From Heptranchias perlo (Eukaryota): a stretch of DNA of 64,000 nucleotides. A program made the position numbers and the translations under genes. The notes beneath the pieces are model-generated. The model saw nothing but the letters and a program-made list of their open reading frames with translations. It was not told the DNA's origin and searched no databases. How positions within the stretch are numbered: position 1 is the stretch's first letter; each line of letters begins with the position of its first letter. This document shows, piece after piece, positions 12,550-25,600 of the stretch. The stretch covers positions 3,038,001-3,102,000 of the forward strand of contig NW_027139559.1 of NCBI RefSeq assembly GCF_035084215.1. Reading direction: 5' to 3'.

Positions 12550-14227
12550 TTAATTAAATAAAACTGTTGGACTATAACCTGGTGTTGTAAGATTGCTTAC
12601 ATTTGTAGTTATACAGGACCTTGGTGAAACCACACCTGGAGTATTGTGTGCAGTTTTGGCCTCCTGACCGAAGAAATGATACACTTGACATAGAGCGAGT
12701 GCAGCGAAGGTTCACCAGACTGATTCCTGGGATGGCAGGACTGTCGTATGAGGAGAGATTGAGTCGAGTCGGCTTGTATTCACTCAAGTTTAGAAAAATG
12801 AGAGGGGATCTCATTGAAACAAATAAAATTCTGAGAGGGCTCGAGAGACTGGATGCAGGGAGGATGTTTCCCTGTCTGTGCGGTTTAGAATGAAGGGGTC
12901 ACAATCTCAGGATATGAGGTAGGACATTTAGGACTGAGATGAGGAGAAATTTCTTCACTCAGAGGGTGGTGAACCTGTGAATTCTCTACCACAGAAGGCT
13001 GTGGAGGCTAAGTCAATATTTAAGAAGGAGCTCGATAGATTTCTTGACACAAAAGTCATCAAAGGGTATGTGGAGAGAGCGGCAATATGGTATTGAGATA
13101 GACGATCAGCCATGATCATATTAAGCAAGCTAGAAGGGCCGATTGACCTAATCCTGCTGCTATTTTCTATGTTTCTATGTTTCTTTTTTTCCCACATACG
13201 AAATTCTGTGTTTTTTTCCGAACGTTGGCTCCACCAGTTCTGAAAGCACGCCTGGTCCGCACGGTTCCTATGGCTACATGTATTCTGTCTATTCTCGGTG
13301 TAATTGAGTTGTGCATTGGGACTCAGGAGTCCAAATTCATTGGTTTGCACCTCCCTCCTTTGCCAATTGCATTGAGTCACATGTCAGGAACCCTCGCATG
13401 TATGACGCATGACACTAATTATATTCTCAGGCCTTGCAACGGCACCAACGCCACCTCATTAATCCAGTCCGGTATGGTATTGTTCCGTTACATTTTATGA
13501 GCAGTTGGGAAATGTCCCCTTTCATGAGAAGGTCTTAGTGTTTCCGAAAAGTACTTTTATCTTACAATGAAGACTGGTTCTGACCAGTCAGTGGAATTCC
13601 AGCGTTAAAGTGAGAAACTACGGAGGCTCACGGCCCTTTCTGAAATTGGGCACTCAATCTAACTGGACACACTGGCGCAGTACTGAGAGAGTGCTGCATT
13701 GCCACAGGACTTTTTGATCAGACGTTAAACCGAGGCCCAGTAAAAGGTGGACAGACAAGTTCCTATTGGGGTAGATCAGAGATTCCCTCCCCACCTCGCA
13801 AATACCGAAACAGGATAGCTGGTCATTCATCTTAAAGTCTACATCATTAAAGCAATAGATAATATAGAAATGTATAAAGTGGTCACATGGAAGTGTCGGT
13901 GTGTCGCCCTCAGTGATACGGGCGCCAGCTCCCCAAGGGAACAAATTACTGACATGATTCTCTGAGGAGCTTATAACATCTGCAACAATTCTATCCTAAT
14001 CCTACACTTAATACATTCTCACTGGCAGTATCACTGTCCGTGCTGATCTATAGCCTGGAGATTACAGTTAGCTATATATTTATATATAATATATCATTCA
14101 AAAGTTTTCAATTAAAGGACATCGTTTCATACAGAGAATATGCAATCCTATATGGCTCATAATACTTGCAGGTAGATGCAGCGGGATTGAGCTGGTATAT
14201 AGTTATAGAGTTCCAAATATTCGAGTG

Positions 14228-14690
14228 GGAGGCGCTCGGTGATGGGCCGGGAGTGCACTGATGTGTTAGAAGTCGCTGGGAAGGGGGATGTGAGTGATTG
14301 GGACAGATTAGTCAGCGGCAGGACCTGATCAATGTCCTGCGGAGCGCTCGGTGATGGGCCGGGAGTCTACTGATGTGTTAAGGGTTGGTGGGAAGGGGGA
14401 ATGTGAGGGGCTGGAACAGATTAGTCAGTGGCAGGACCTGGTCAATGTCCTGCAGGGTGCTCGGTGATGGGCCGGGAGTGTACTGATGTGTTAAGAGTTG
14501 GTGGGAAGGGGGAATGTGAGGGGCTGGAACAGATTAGTCAGCGGCAGGACCTGGTCAATGTCCTGCAGGGTGCTCGTTGATGGGCCGGGAGTGTACTGAT
14601 GTGTAAATTGATGCTGTGAAGTGGGATGTGAGTGATTGGGACAGATTGGGTCGGCGGCAGGAACTGATCAATGTCTCGCAGGGCGCAGAG
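14228..14690. repeat. About 113-bp tandem repeat, 4 copies
   Basis: GCTCGGTGATGGGCCGGGAGT... starts at 14234, 14346, 14459 and 14572. Confidence 0.92.
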
Positions 14691-15121
14691 GATTTACAAT
14701 GATATCGCTGCCAAAAATACCACCAACACTCCGAATGACATTTCCTTCATTCTCAACTCCACTGACATGCTGTGAAATATAAGCAGCCGATTTATTGAAT
14801 CAGGTGTCTCTTCCCCGGTGACTCTCACCTGTTTATTACCAGGTCGTCATTTCAGTTCTCCTGACCCTGTACCAGTGGACATTTTGTCCTTTTCAAACAA
14901 CACTGTACGCTGCCACCTGCAATGATTTGGTTGTCGAAAACAAATATCTCAGTTCATTAATAATGTTTCCACACTTGAAACGGGCAATGAGCCTTTAAAG
15001 CATTGATCATTTGTGAAAGTCCTGCATAGTACAGCTCGGTACACAAAGGAAGCAAGCCAATTTCTTCAAACAGCGACTCCATGGTGGATATTACTGACGG
15101 TTAACACTCGACACCAAGTAC

Positions 15122-15585
15122 TGGCAGCAAAGTGTCAGCCGTGACTCTCTCACCCCTGGGGCAGAAGGTCATGGGTTTACTTCCTACTCCAGAGACTTGA
15201 GCTAAATACCCAGGCTCACCCTACCATGCAGTACTGAGGGAGTGCTGCACTGTCAGAGGTGCCGTCTTTCGAATATGATGTTAAATCGAGGCCACATCTG
15301 CCCTCTAAGTTGGACGTCAAAGATCCCAAAGCATTATTTCGAAGAAGAGCAGAGGAGTTCCCTCCGGTGTCCTGACAAATATATTTCCCTCAACCAGCAT
15401 CACTAAAACAGATGACCTGGTCATTATCACATTGCTGTTTGTGGGATCTTGCTGTGCGCAATTAGCTGCCGAATTTCCTACATTACAACAGTGGCTACAC
15501 TTGAAAAAAAGTATTTAATTGGCTGGAAAGCGCTTTGGGTCGCCCTGAAGTCGTGAACAGCGCTACATAAATGCAAATCTTTCCT
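15122..15585 (+). mobile_element. Shark SINE (DeuSINE/SacSINE-like) with L2-type tail
   Basis: Core GCAGTACTGAGGGAGTGCTGCACTGTCAGAGGTGCCGTCTTTC and tail AAAGCGCTTTGGG...GCGCTACATAAATGCAA; related copies at about 13650-13745 and 53845-54300. Confidence 0.7.
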
Positions 15586-17579
15586 TAGACGCTTTTCAAT
15601 AACATTTAGCACATGCCTGACAGCATTGATATCATAACCAGTAGCATTTGCATTATTCTCAAAACCAATCACCACTGAAATAAGCATTGATTTTCATACC
15701 TTTTAGAATTTAACCCTATCAAAGAGCATTAATCTATCCCTGAGATCAATGCAATAAAACCAAGGACTTTAATCCATATGAATCAGGATTAATCCCATTC
15801 ATATTTTCCTGGCGCATCCCATTCATCCCTGCTCCTAGCATTGCCGATATTCATACCAACATTCGCTAAACTATCTCCTCAGTCTCTCACAATATTGTTT
15901 GGTCCATTTGTCGATTTTTGCCATTTTTAAACATATGGAGCTTTCTGCAGATTTCAGCCTTGATATCATTATATTGCACCTTTCGCTGTTTCCTGATCAT
16001 CGCAATCCACCCCCTCCAAGTTTACATGGTTCAGAAGAAATATGACTAAAACTATCAATTTTGGTTGCAGCTGTTTGAACCGCTCAACACGGGCGGGTTC
16101 GCCCCGAATTTACATAATGACTTATGTTTTCATGTCTGCAGGAAATCAGAACTAAGAAGTCTGTCACAAGTGTTGCCTCACCCAAAAACGCCATTTATTA
16201 ATTCAATTTGTAAACTAATCGATTAAGCTGAAGTGAGATCAGTTAATGGACAGACAGCAAGAGTTGTTAATATGTGGCCTCACCTGTGTGTCGTCAAGTA
16301 CAAAGCCTGATTTAAGATCTAAGCTTTCGGCCGAAGTCCTTGTTATTTTGCTGCAAAACAGCACTCAGCTCGCAAAATGCAGGTCAATGGCCCATAACTG
16401 AGCACAGGTCCCATACCATTCATCTGTAGCGTCTCGTTATCTTGTGACCTGCAGCCGAATAAAAAAAGAACTGGTGCCGAGAAACATTTGAAATGTTGGG
16501 TCGTGGCTCTGCTGTGCGATTTGTTTGCAACGCTTTGACCTGTTCTCCAAGGTGATACATATTTTAATAATCATCAGTCTGTGCTTCACATCATTAAAAC
16601 TGACCGATCTGTTTTTAGACACTTGCTGAATAACATCGAATCGGTTTAGCTCCGAAATATTTGATGCACTTTTCGCAATCATTTCCCACGAAGAAACTGC
16701 AGACCCGAGCTGTTTAACAGACGGCTACTTATCTCTGAAATTATTTGCTCTTAAACATGTACTCGCTTTAAGATCTGATCCTGGTTGAAAAGTTGTAAGA
16801 GGAACTGAAACAGCAGGATTTGGGCCCGGATCTCCCCCTCTCAGCCATAACTTGAAATGTGTATCTTCCATACAGCTTAAAGCCCACTTACTTTAAACCT
16901 CGTGATAAGGAGAGAGAATAGAATAGCTTTCGATAAATGACATAATCTTATTCCGTATGTATCGCAAGCCGATTGTATTTTAATAAGTTGAGGAGGTTGT
17001 TCTGGACGGTGATTGATGCGAGGAACAGATGATGTTGAAGTAATGAGGTAATGGCGACAACGCACAACGAACGAGTCAGTTGCTTGTTTTAGTTCCCTAA
17101 CGATACGAAAACGTCAAGCTATTAGTGGCACCGGGGGGAACCCCGCCTGTGTGTTGCGGTGAAAGCCGTCGAAATTAATTGGCTGAACTGAAGTCAGTAT
17201 TTACTTATTAAAACCATTCGGATTGAACCTAGATCGATACTATTGATGGATTGATTTGTTTTATTATGTTATATTATAAAAATGTAAATATATTAGCACA
17301 TGTGTGAATGGAGAAATAAACCTCACTGTCCGGAGAAGAAGGAACATGCATTTCTATAACGCCTTTCACGGCCTCATGACGTCCCAAAGTGCTTCACAGC
17401 CAATGAAGTACTTTTTGAAATGCAGTCATTGTTGTGTAAGGAACATGTGGATGTTTATATTGCTCAAATCTCAACATTCCGGTTAAGAGACTACGTCGTG
17501 ATTCAATTGGACAGGCATTCCTTGATTTATATTGACGGAGGAACATTCAGATATCAAAAGTGTTCAGTGCAACTTAGAT

Positions 17580-19220
17580 TCATAGAATGGTTACAGCACA
17601 GAAGGAGGCCATTCGGCTCGTCGAGCCCGTGCCTGTTCTCTGCAAGAGCAATCCAGCTCGTCCCACTCCCCTGCCCTTTTCCCCGTAGTCCTGCAAATGT
17701 TTCCCTTCAAGTACTTATCCAATTCCCTTTTGAAAACCACGATTGGATCTGCCTCCACCACCCCCTCAGGCAGTCCATTCCAGATCATAACCACTCGCTG
17801 TGTAAAACAGTTTTTCCTCCTGTCGCCTTTGGTTATTTTGCCAATCACCTTAAATCTGTATCCGCTGCTTCTCGAACCTTCCACCAATGGGATCAGTTTC
17901 TCTCTATCGACTCTGCCTGGACATCAGGTGATTTTGAACACCGCTATGAAATATCCTATCAACCTTCTCTGCTGGAAGGTGAACAACCCCAGCTTCTCCA
18001 GTCTATACACATAACTGAAGTCCCTCATCCATGGAACCAAGCTAGTAATTCTTTTCTGCACCGCCTCCAAGTCCTTGACATCCTTCCTAAAGTACAGTCC
18101 CCAGAATTGGACACAATACTGCTGTTGTGGCGGAACTAGTGTTTTATAAAGGTTCATCATAACCTCCTTGAAGTTTGGAGATTCCCATAGCTCTGGCTAG
18201 GATAACACCGGGGTAAACAGAGACAGAGCTGGATACACAAAATCTTATGCATATTGTCGAGACAAGGAAGCCATGTTACCAGGAAACAGAAAATGAGCGG
18301 GAACATTGATAATGGCGTATGTAGATTATCATGGACAGGCCACACTAAACTGCTGGCAGGTTGCCAAATTGGCTGCTGAGGCAGAAAAAATAAGCAAACT
18401 CGCAGAGGCAAATACAGTCTATGTAAACCAAATTATACACCAGATCTCACCAAAATATTAACGTCTACAAATAGAAGAAGACTGCATAGACAACTAAATC
18501 ACAGAATCGTTGCAGCACAGAAGGATGCCATTCGGCCCATCGAGCCTGAGCAGGCTCCCTGTAAGAGCAATCCAGTTAGTATACCCAGCTCTTTTCCTGT
18601 AGCCCTGCAGTTTTATTTCTCTTCAAATATTTATACAATTCCTTTCTGAAAGCTGCGAGTAAATCTTCTTCCACCGTCCTTTCAGGCAGTGCATTCCATA
18701 TCATAACCACTCGCTGCGTAAAAAAGTTTTTCCTCACTTCGCCTTTGGTTCTTTTGCCAATCATCTTAAATCTCTGTCCTTTGTTTCCGGACCCTTCTGC
18801 CAATGGGAACAGTTTCTCTTTGTTTACTTTATTTAAACTCTTCATGATTTTGAACACTTCTATCGAATGCCCTCTTATCTTTCTCTGCTCCAAGGAGATC
18901 AACCCCAGCTTCTCCAGTCTATCCACGTAACTGAAGTCCCTCATTCCTCGAACCATTCTAGTAATTCTTTTCTGCACCCCCTCGAAGGCCGTCACATCCT
19001 TCCTAAAGGGCGATGCCCAGAATTGGACACAATACTCCAGTGTTTAATGAAGGCTCATCATAATCTGTTTGATTTTGTACTCTATGCCTGTATTTAAAAA
19101 GCACATGATTCCATATGCTTTTTTAACCGTTTCCTCAACCTGTCCTGCCACCTTCAAAGGTTTGCGCACTCATACCCCCAGATCTCTCTGTTCCTGCACC
19201 ACCTTTAGAATTGTACCACT
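17580..19220 (-). mobile_element. Two antisense CR1 3' fragments (about 17580-18170 and 18500-19220)
   Basis: ORF track peptides MMNLYKTLV..YCVQFW and RKNFFTQRVVMIWNALPE. Confidence 0.85.
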
Positions 19221-19679
19221 GGGCCACTGAATCATTATTCCTGAAATAAAGGTATTTATATTCAGCCATGGGAGCAAATGCCCTTACACTTGTTTATCTG
19301 CCTGCTTCACACTGTAGAAATTATGATATGCATTAGGCATCCAAGAACGAGGAATTCCATGGAAGGCGCAGCCAGGGTAAGCACATTGTGGAAAAGAGGG
19401 GAACATTCAGCATAAACATTGCTTTGGATTGATGTGGTTGTTGACACTGATGTTCGGGGTAATCAGTGCATGGGATGGCCCTAATTGTGTTGGTAAATAC
19501 AGGTAAGGTTAGCGTTAGTGCCAATATCAACAGAATACTGAGCAGACGCCTGCGGAGTGTGTCAGTGTTTCTGCCACTGGGACTGGTGATGACATTGCTG
19601 ATGTCATTGGGATAGAGGTCAGATATAAGTGAGAGAGGTATTCTACTCTCCTAACTCACCATTCCTTAGAAATCCCAAC

Positions 19680-22600
19680 TGCCTCTTTTATGATTCAAAG
19701 ATTTTGCTTCCACTGCCCCACCGGAAGACCATTCCCATGAGTGGCCATTCTTTGTGGAGAGAAGTGCTTTCTTACATCAGTCCTGAACTTTCCTTTTACC
19801 CGATTCCACCTGTTTCTTATTGACCTGCAGTCGTGGATTAACTTGAAGTAGAGCTCGGGTTTAACCTTTCCGCGTCCACTAATACATCCGCCTTCTTTAA
19901 AGTCCAAATAATCCACCCTTTACTGGTCTTAGCTCCGAACCCGGCCCTCTGACAGTAGAGATGACCTCAGTTGCCCTTCTTTGCACCGCTCCCAGGGCTT
20001 GGACCATTCTGCTGCGCCCCAATGTCCCGAATTGGAATCTGTATCCAAGGCGTGACTTGACCGGGTCACGATATAGCGTCAGCATGACAGTCTTTGAACT
20101 GTGCCTTACTGAGATGGCAATGTAGCCCAGCATTCCGTTTCCTTCATAAATATGGCTCTGTTCTCTACTATATTGCAATGGACCATTGTTCTGCTTTAGC
20201 ATCTGGCTGCAAATAATCGGCTGGATACAGACAGAAAGGAAAATCAGGTAGGGAGAATCTGTTAGTCAAGAAGGAGGAAAATCGGACGGGCTCCTTTACC
20301 AAGGAACGATTCTTTCCACCTGATTTTCCTTTTTCCGCTGGTGTTACTGTAGGCCCAGACCCTGAAGACACAAACCTACCCACCCCCAACCACCTCCATC
20401 TCTTTCAGCTTCTCCCTCATTGAGTTGCACACAATCAAGTAAGCTTGTTCTGCATTTTCCTTCCAATGTTAATTAGCTAAATGATATTTCATCTGTCGTA
20501 ATCCGGCCCACATTAAAATATTACTGAGGTTTTCACGTAAGCCACGGATTTTTCTATTAGAGTCCCTTCCTTTTATCAATGATTTGGACCAACTTACATG
20601 ACTTTCTGAATTGGGGCCACTTTAAAACTCAGAAAATGTAAAACTCTTGATGACCATCCCTGGGGGACTGCGTTCATCTTCCAAGCCCTAAATCAGTCCC
20701 CAAATTACTACCAGCTGCTTACCCTCATCAAGACAATGGCTTACCCATCTCCAGGTTTTACCAATGATAACAATGGAAAATAAAACCGAGCCAGGTGTAA
20801 AACAGGTTTTCGATTCGTTATCACCCGACATTCTCCCGGCAGTGAGTAAAAATTACTCGCCCCCCGTGAAGTTACAACACATTGTCATTCGGGATCGAGT
20901 GACTGAGCACGTGAACAAATATCAAATGTTCAGAGAGAGCCAGCACGGCTTTGTTAATGTAAGTCATGTCGGCCTAATCAAGTCGAATTTTATGAGGAGG
21001 TCACTATTAAGTTAGACGTGGAAGTTTCTGTGGATGTTTTCTGTATGGAGGGCCAGAAGGCGTTCGATCAGGTTCCACACAGGTGATTATTAGAAAAAAT
21101 AGGTGTGAACGGAATTGAAAATAGCCCTTTGACAAAGGTTGGAAATTGGATGGGAGATCGGAGACAGGGAGAGGGGATAACGGGTACGTTGTTAGATTGA
21201 GAGGATCTGAGAAGTGGTCTTCTCCAATGATCTATCTGTTTCTGGCTTCAACTTCTCACCATAGTTAATAATGCCTTGGGTGACGGAATGGAAATTTGTA
21301 TCTCCAAGTTTGCAGATTACACTAATTAGGAGGGATAGTTTGTAGTGCAGATGGGAGCAGGGTGTTGAAAAGGACATAGGCAGATTAAGTGAGTGGGAAA
21401 ATCTGTGGCAGATGGAGTTCAAGACACAAGAATGATGAATCGGAGAATTGTCTAAATCGTAGGAAGCTTGGAACTGTAGAGGCGCATAGAGATTTGGGAG
21501 TCCAAGTGCACCAATCATTAAAAGCTAGTAGACAGTTACAAGAAGTAATCGAAATGGTGAATGGAATGTTGGCCATTTCTCAAGGAGGGTGGAATACAAA
21601 GAGAAGGAAGTTACGCATCAGTTGTACAGACTCTTGATATAAGTCTCGGTGTCCCAGATAGAATAACTATAGTTAGCTATTAAAATATATATCCACATAT
21701 TTTTACACATTCTGGAATAGCTATCTAAGCTTAGGTCTGTAATATTCGAGACAATGCTTCATTAACCGTCCAGGAGAAGATATAAGAAATATGAAGTAGT
21801 AAGTATATCATGAATCAGTCAATAAGACGGAGGGGAGGAAACGGTATGAATACGCTTATGTTATGCATGCACGGGAAAGAGACAAGGCTCCAAATGCTCA
21901 ATCAAATGTGCAATGTCCAGAGTGCAAAAAAGAACCGAACACATCAAAGGCATGCACAACAAATGGTAGCAGCTAACCTCACCACTAAACGAGCTCACGT
22001 GTCAACAGTATACACACAGAACGTGATGACATATGGTACCCACATTACCTAATTAAACATGTAATAGATAAAACACACTGGAGCTCATGGGGAACTTCAA
22101 TTCTGAAGGATTCCTTGGTATGTGAGTATTGGTTTCGATATCGCACATGCACAGCGTGTAAGGGCTATTGTTTTATTATCTACTTGAGTTCGTTTGATAA
22201 CATTTATTTACCAGACGTTTCAGTGTTTCTTAGTCCTCGAAGAAATTTACCATTGTGGGGGAGTACAAAACTAGGGTAAATAAATATAATCGTAAATATA
22301 ATATTAAATCCAATAATGAATTCAGGAGAAACTTCTTACTCAGGCAGTGGTGAGAATGTGGAACTCGTTATCACAGGGAGTGGTTGATGTGAACAGCATA
22401 GATGCATTTAAGGGGAAACTGGATGAATTCATGAGCGAGAAAGGAATAGAAGGATATGTTGATCGGCTGAGTTCAAGTAAGTTGCGAGGAGGCTCGTGTG
22501 TATTATAAATACCGGCATAGACCATTTGGGCCGAATGGCCTGTTTCTGAACTGTAACATTCCATGTAATTCCATGTAATAACGGTCAATATCCCATTAGC

Positions 22601-25600
22601 CTTTTTGATTGATTTTTGTACCCGTTCAGCAGCTTTAAATGATTTGTACACTTGGATTCCCAAATCTCGTTGATCCTCTACAGTTCCTAATCTCTCAGTA
22701 TCTAGAAAATTCTCCGATTTATCTTTCTTAGTGACCTCCCACTTGCCCACATTGAAATCCATCTGCCATAGTTTTTCCCACTCACTTAATCTGTCTTAGT
22801 CGCTTTGTAACTTTCTGTTCCCACCCACACAACTTACTGTTCCTCATAATTAATGTCATCTGCAGACTTGGATATACAACTCCCGTTCCTTCATCCAAGT
22901 CATTAATAAAGGTGGTGAAACTTTGAGGCCCCAGAAAAGATCCCTGGAGCACATCACTTATCAGATCCTGTCAATCTGATTACACACCTTTTATCCCAAC
23001 TCTTACCTTTTCCCAATAATGTTTTGTATGGAACTTTATCGAATGCCTTCTGGAAGTCCGTTTAAATAATATCCATAGAAATACCCTTGTCTGGATCGGA
23101 ATAAAAGCTAATTTGATGGGGATGTGAATGGAACAAGGGCAGGTAAGCTCGAATAAAACTGACAAACAAAGAAATAGAACGGCAGTGGGAAATATTTAAA
23201 ACGGTGATCAATAGTTCCCCGGATAAATATATGCCTCTTAAAATCCAGAACCAAATACATATACAACAAATGAAAGGATGACAGAAGGGAATACGAAGAG
23301 CTTCGGAAAGAAATACAAGAACAATTAGGAGGCGAAAAACAACCACGAGATTAAATTGTCAGGGATATAAAAAATAAATACTAACGTATTCTATAGAAAC
23401 ATAAATAACAAGAGAAAAATCAGGATAGGAATAGGGCCACTAAGCGAAGGACACGATAAACTCAGTGGTAATGACAGCGAAATGGTAGTAATATTGAATA
23501 ATTACTTTGCCTCCGTATTTACCAGGGATACTAATAAGGTGGGCAGGACATTAGGAGAAGAGATCGAAAAAGCTATGAAAACAATTAAGATGGAAAGGAG
23601 GAGAGATAATTGATAACATAATCAAACTTAAGGAGAATAAGATCCCTGGTCCGGATGGATTGCATCTGCGATTGTTTTTAAAGATAGGGAAGAGATAGCA
23701 GAGGCGCTATTGCATGTCTGTAAGAATAGACTAGAAATAGGAATAGTGCCAGAAGGCGAGGGGACAGCTTATGTTAGTGCTATATTATTTTTTAAAAGGG
23801 ATAGAACAAGTCCAGGAAACGATAGAATAGTTAGTTTAACGTCGGAAGTAGGAACGATAATGGAATCTTTACTCAAAGATGAAATAGAAAGACATCTAGA
23901 GAATGAAATTATAATAAGGAAGATTCAGAAATGATTTCAGAATGGAAGGTCATGCTGACCAACCTTATTGAATTCCTTGAAGAAGTAACAGAAAGACTAG
24001 GCTAGGGTAATACAGTAAATGTAATATATTTGGATTTTGAAAAGGCCTTCGATGAGGTACAGCATTGTAGACTCATGGTGAAGGTCAGAGCATGTGGACT
24101 CAGGGGGCAGGTAGCAGAATGGATTGCAAATTGGCTACAAAACAGAAAATAGAGAGTAGGGGTTAAGGTTTGCTTCTCAGGCTGGCAAAAGGTGGGAACT
24201 GGTGTTCCACAGATATCGGTACTGGGACAACTGTTCTTCTCAATGTACATGAACGAATTTAATTCAGGAATCGGAAGTACACTTTCAAAATTTATAGGCG
24301 ACACAAAATTGGGATGTTTTAGTTAATACAAAGGAAGAATGCGTCAAAATGCAAAAGGACGTTAATAAACTCGCGAAAGTGTGTGTAATTGACAAATCAA
24401 TTTCAATATTGATAAGTGTGAGGTGATGCATTTTGGCAGGAAGAATAAGGAGACCACATACTGCTTGGATAGTAAGGGTTAAATAGGATAGAGGAGTCAA
24501 AGGATCGTGGGGTAAAGATACACAAATCACAAAAAGTAGCGACACGGGTTAATAAGGCTACAAAAAGGCAAGTCAAGCACTAGGGTTCATTTCGAGAGGG
24601 ATAGAATTGTAAAGCAGAAAAGTTACGTTGAACTTGTATAGAACCTTGATTGGACCACACTTGGAGTATTGTGCACATTTCTGGTCTCCATATTATAAAA
24701 AAGATGTAGACGCATTGGAGAGGGTGCAAAAAAGATTCGCAAGGATGATACCAGAACTGAAAAGATATCCTTATCAGGAAAGGCTGAACAGACTCTCTCG
24801 AGAAAAAAAGACTGAGGGGTGAACTGATACAGGTGTTTAAGATAATGATGGGGTTTTTAGAATTGATCAGGAGAAAATGTTTACTCTTGTCGGGGAGTCC
24901 TAAACTAGAAGACATAAATCTAAAATTGTCGTTAATAAATCCAATGGGGAATTCAGGAGAAACTTCTTTACCCGAAGAGTGGTAAGAATGTGAAACGCGC
25001 TACCACAAGGAGTAATTGAGGCATAGATGTATTTAAGGGTAAGCTGGATAAGCACATGAGGGGAAATGGAATAGAAGGGTATCGAGATAAGCTTGGATGA
25101 ATTAAGGAGGGAGGAGGCTCGTGTGGAGAATAAACGCCGGCACAGATCAGTTGGGGCGAATATCCTGTTTCTTTGCAGTAGTTTCGATTTAACTTGATAT
25201 GCTTTATTCATGGCCGCCTCAAAAAAATCATCCAGATGAGCCAGATGTCACTTACCCTTAACAAAGCCATGCTTGTTCTTTCTGAACGGCTGCTATTTGT
25301 TCACGTGCTCTTTCACTCTCTCTCTAATGAAAGACTCTGGTAACTTCTTCATAACTTATGTTAAACAGCAAAGTTTGCAGTTTCCTGGTTTCTCTCTCTC
25401 AGCCCTATTAAATAATAAAGTGACATTAGCAATTTCCAATCTAACTGCACAATTACCGAACCAACAAATCATAGAAAGATTATGACGAACGCTTCTATAT
25501 TTTCCTCACCTTCTTCCTTTAATTCCCTGGCCTGGAATCCATCCGGTTCAGGTGATTTATCTATCTTAAATCCCATTATTACCTCCATACCTTTTTTTTT

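Larger units (their letters stand above)
11811..12603 (+). mobile_element. Penelope-like element fragment: GIY-YIG C-terminus between inverted pLTR arms
   Basis: About 11840-12105 is the reverse complement of about 12288-12606; the middle encodes VGEHFSSQEHSATDLRVSVLHGG...EQKLIAKFCTHEDGLN; flanked by near-identical TGTAGT(G/T)ATACAGGA. Confidence 0.85.
9630..13175 (+). mobile_element. CR1 LINE ORF2 and 3' end, degenerate, interrupted by a Penelope-like insertion
   Basis: YSIFRQDRQKGKGGGVALLVK, KSPGPDNLHPRVLKE, YLDIQKAFDKVP, PHLEYCVQFW; ends in (TTCTATG)n. Confidence 0.9.

Noticed and set aside
13195-13640. Minus-strand segment between an acceptor-like and a donor-like site, with SLHC and PNAQLNYT fragments
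   Set aside because: Several stops and frameshifts are needed and no coherent domain can be reconstructed by eye
16486-16556. Hydrophobic leader-like stretch ending CAAG|GTGATA
   Set aside because: The hydrophobic frame has no ATG and contains a stop; no V exon follows
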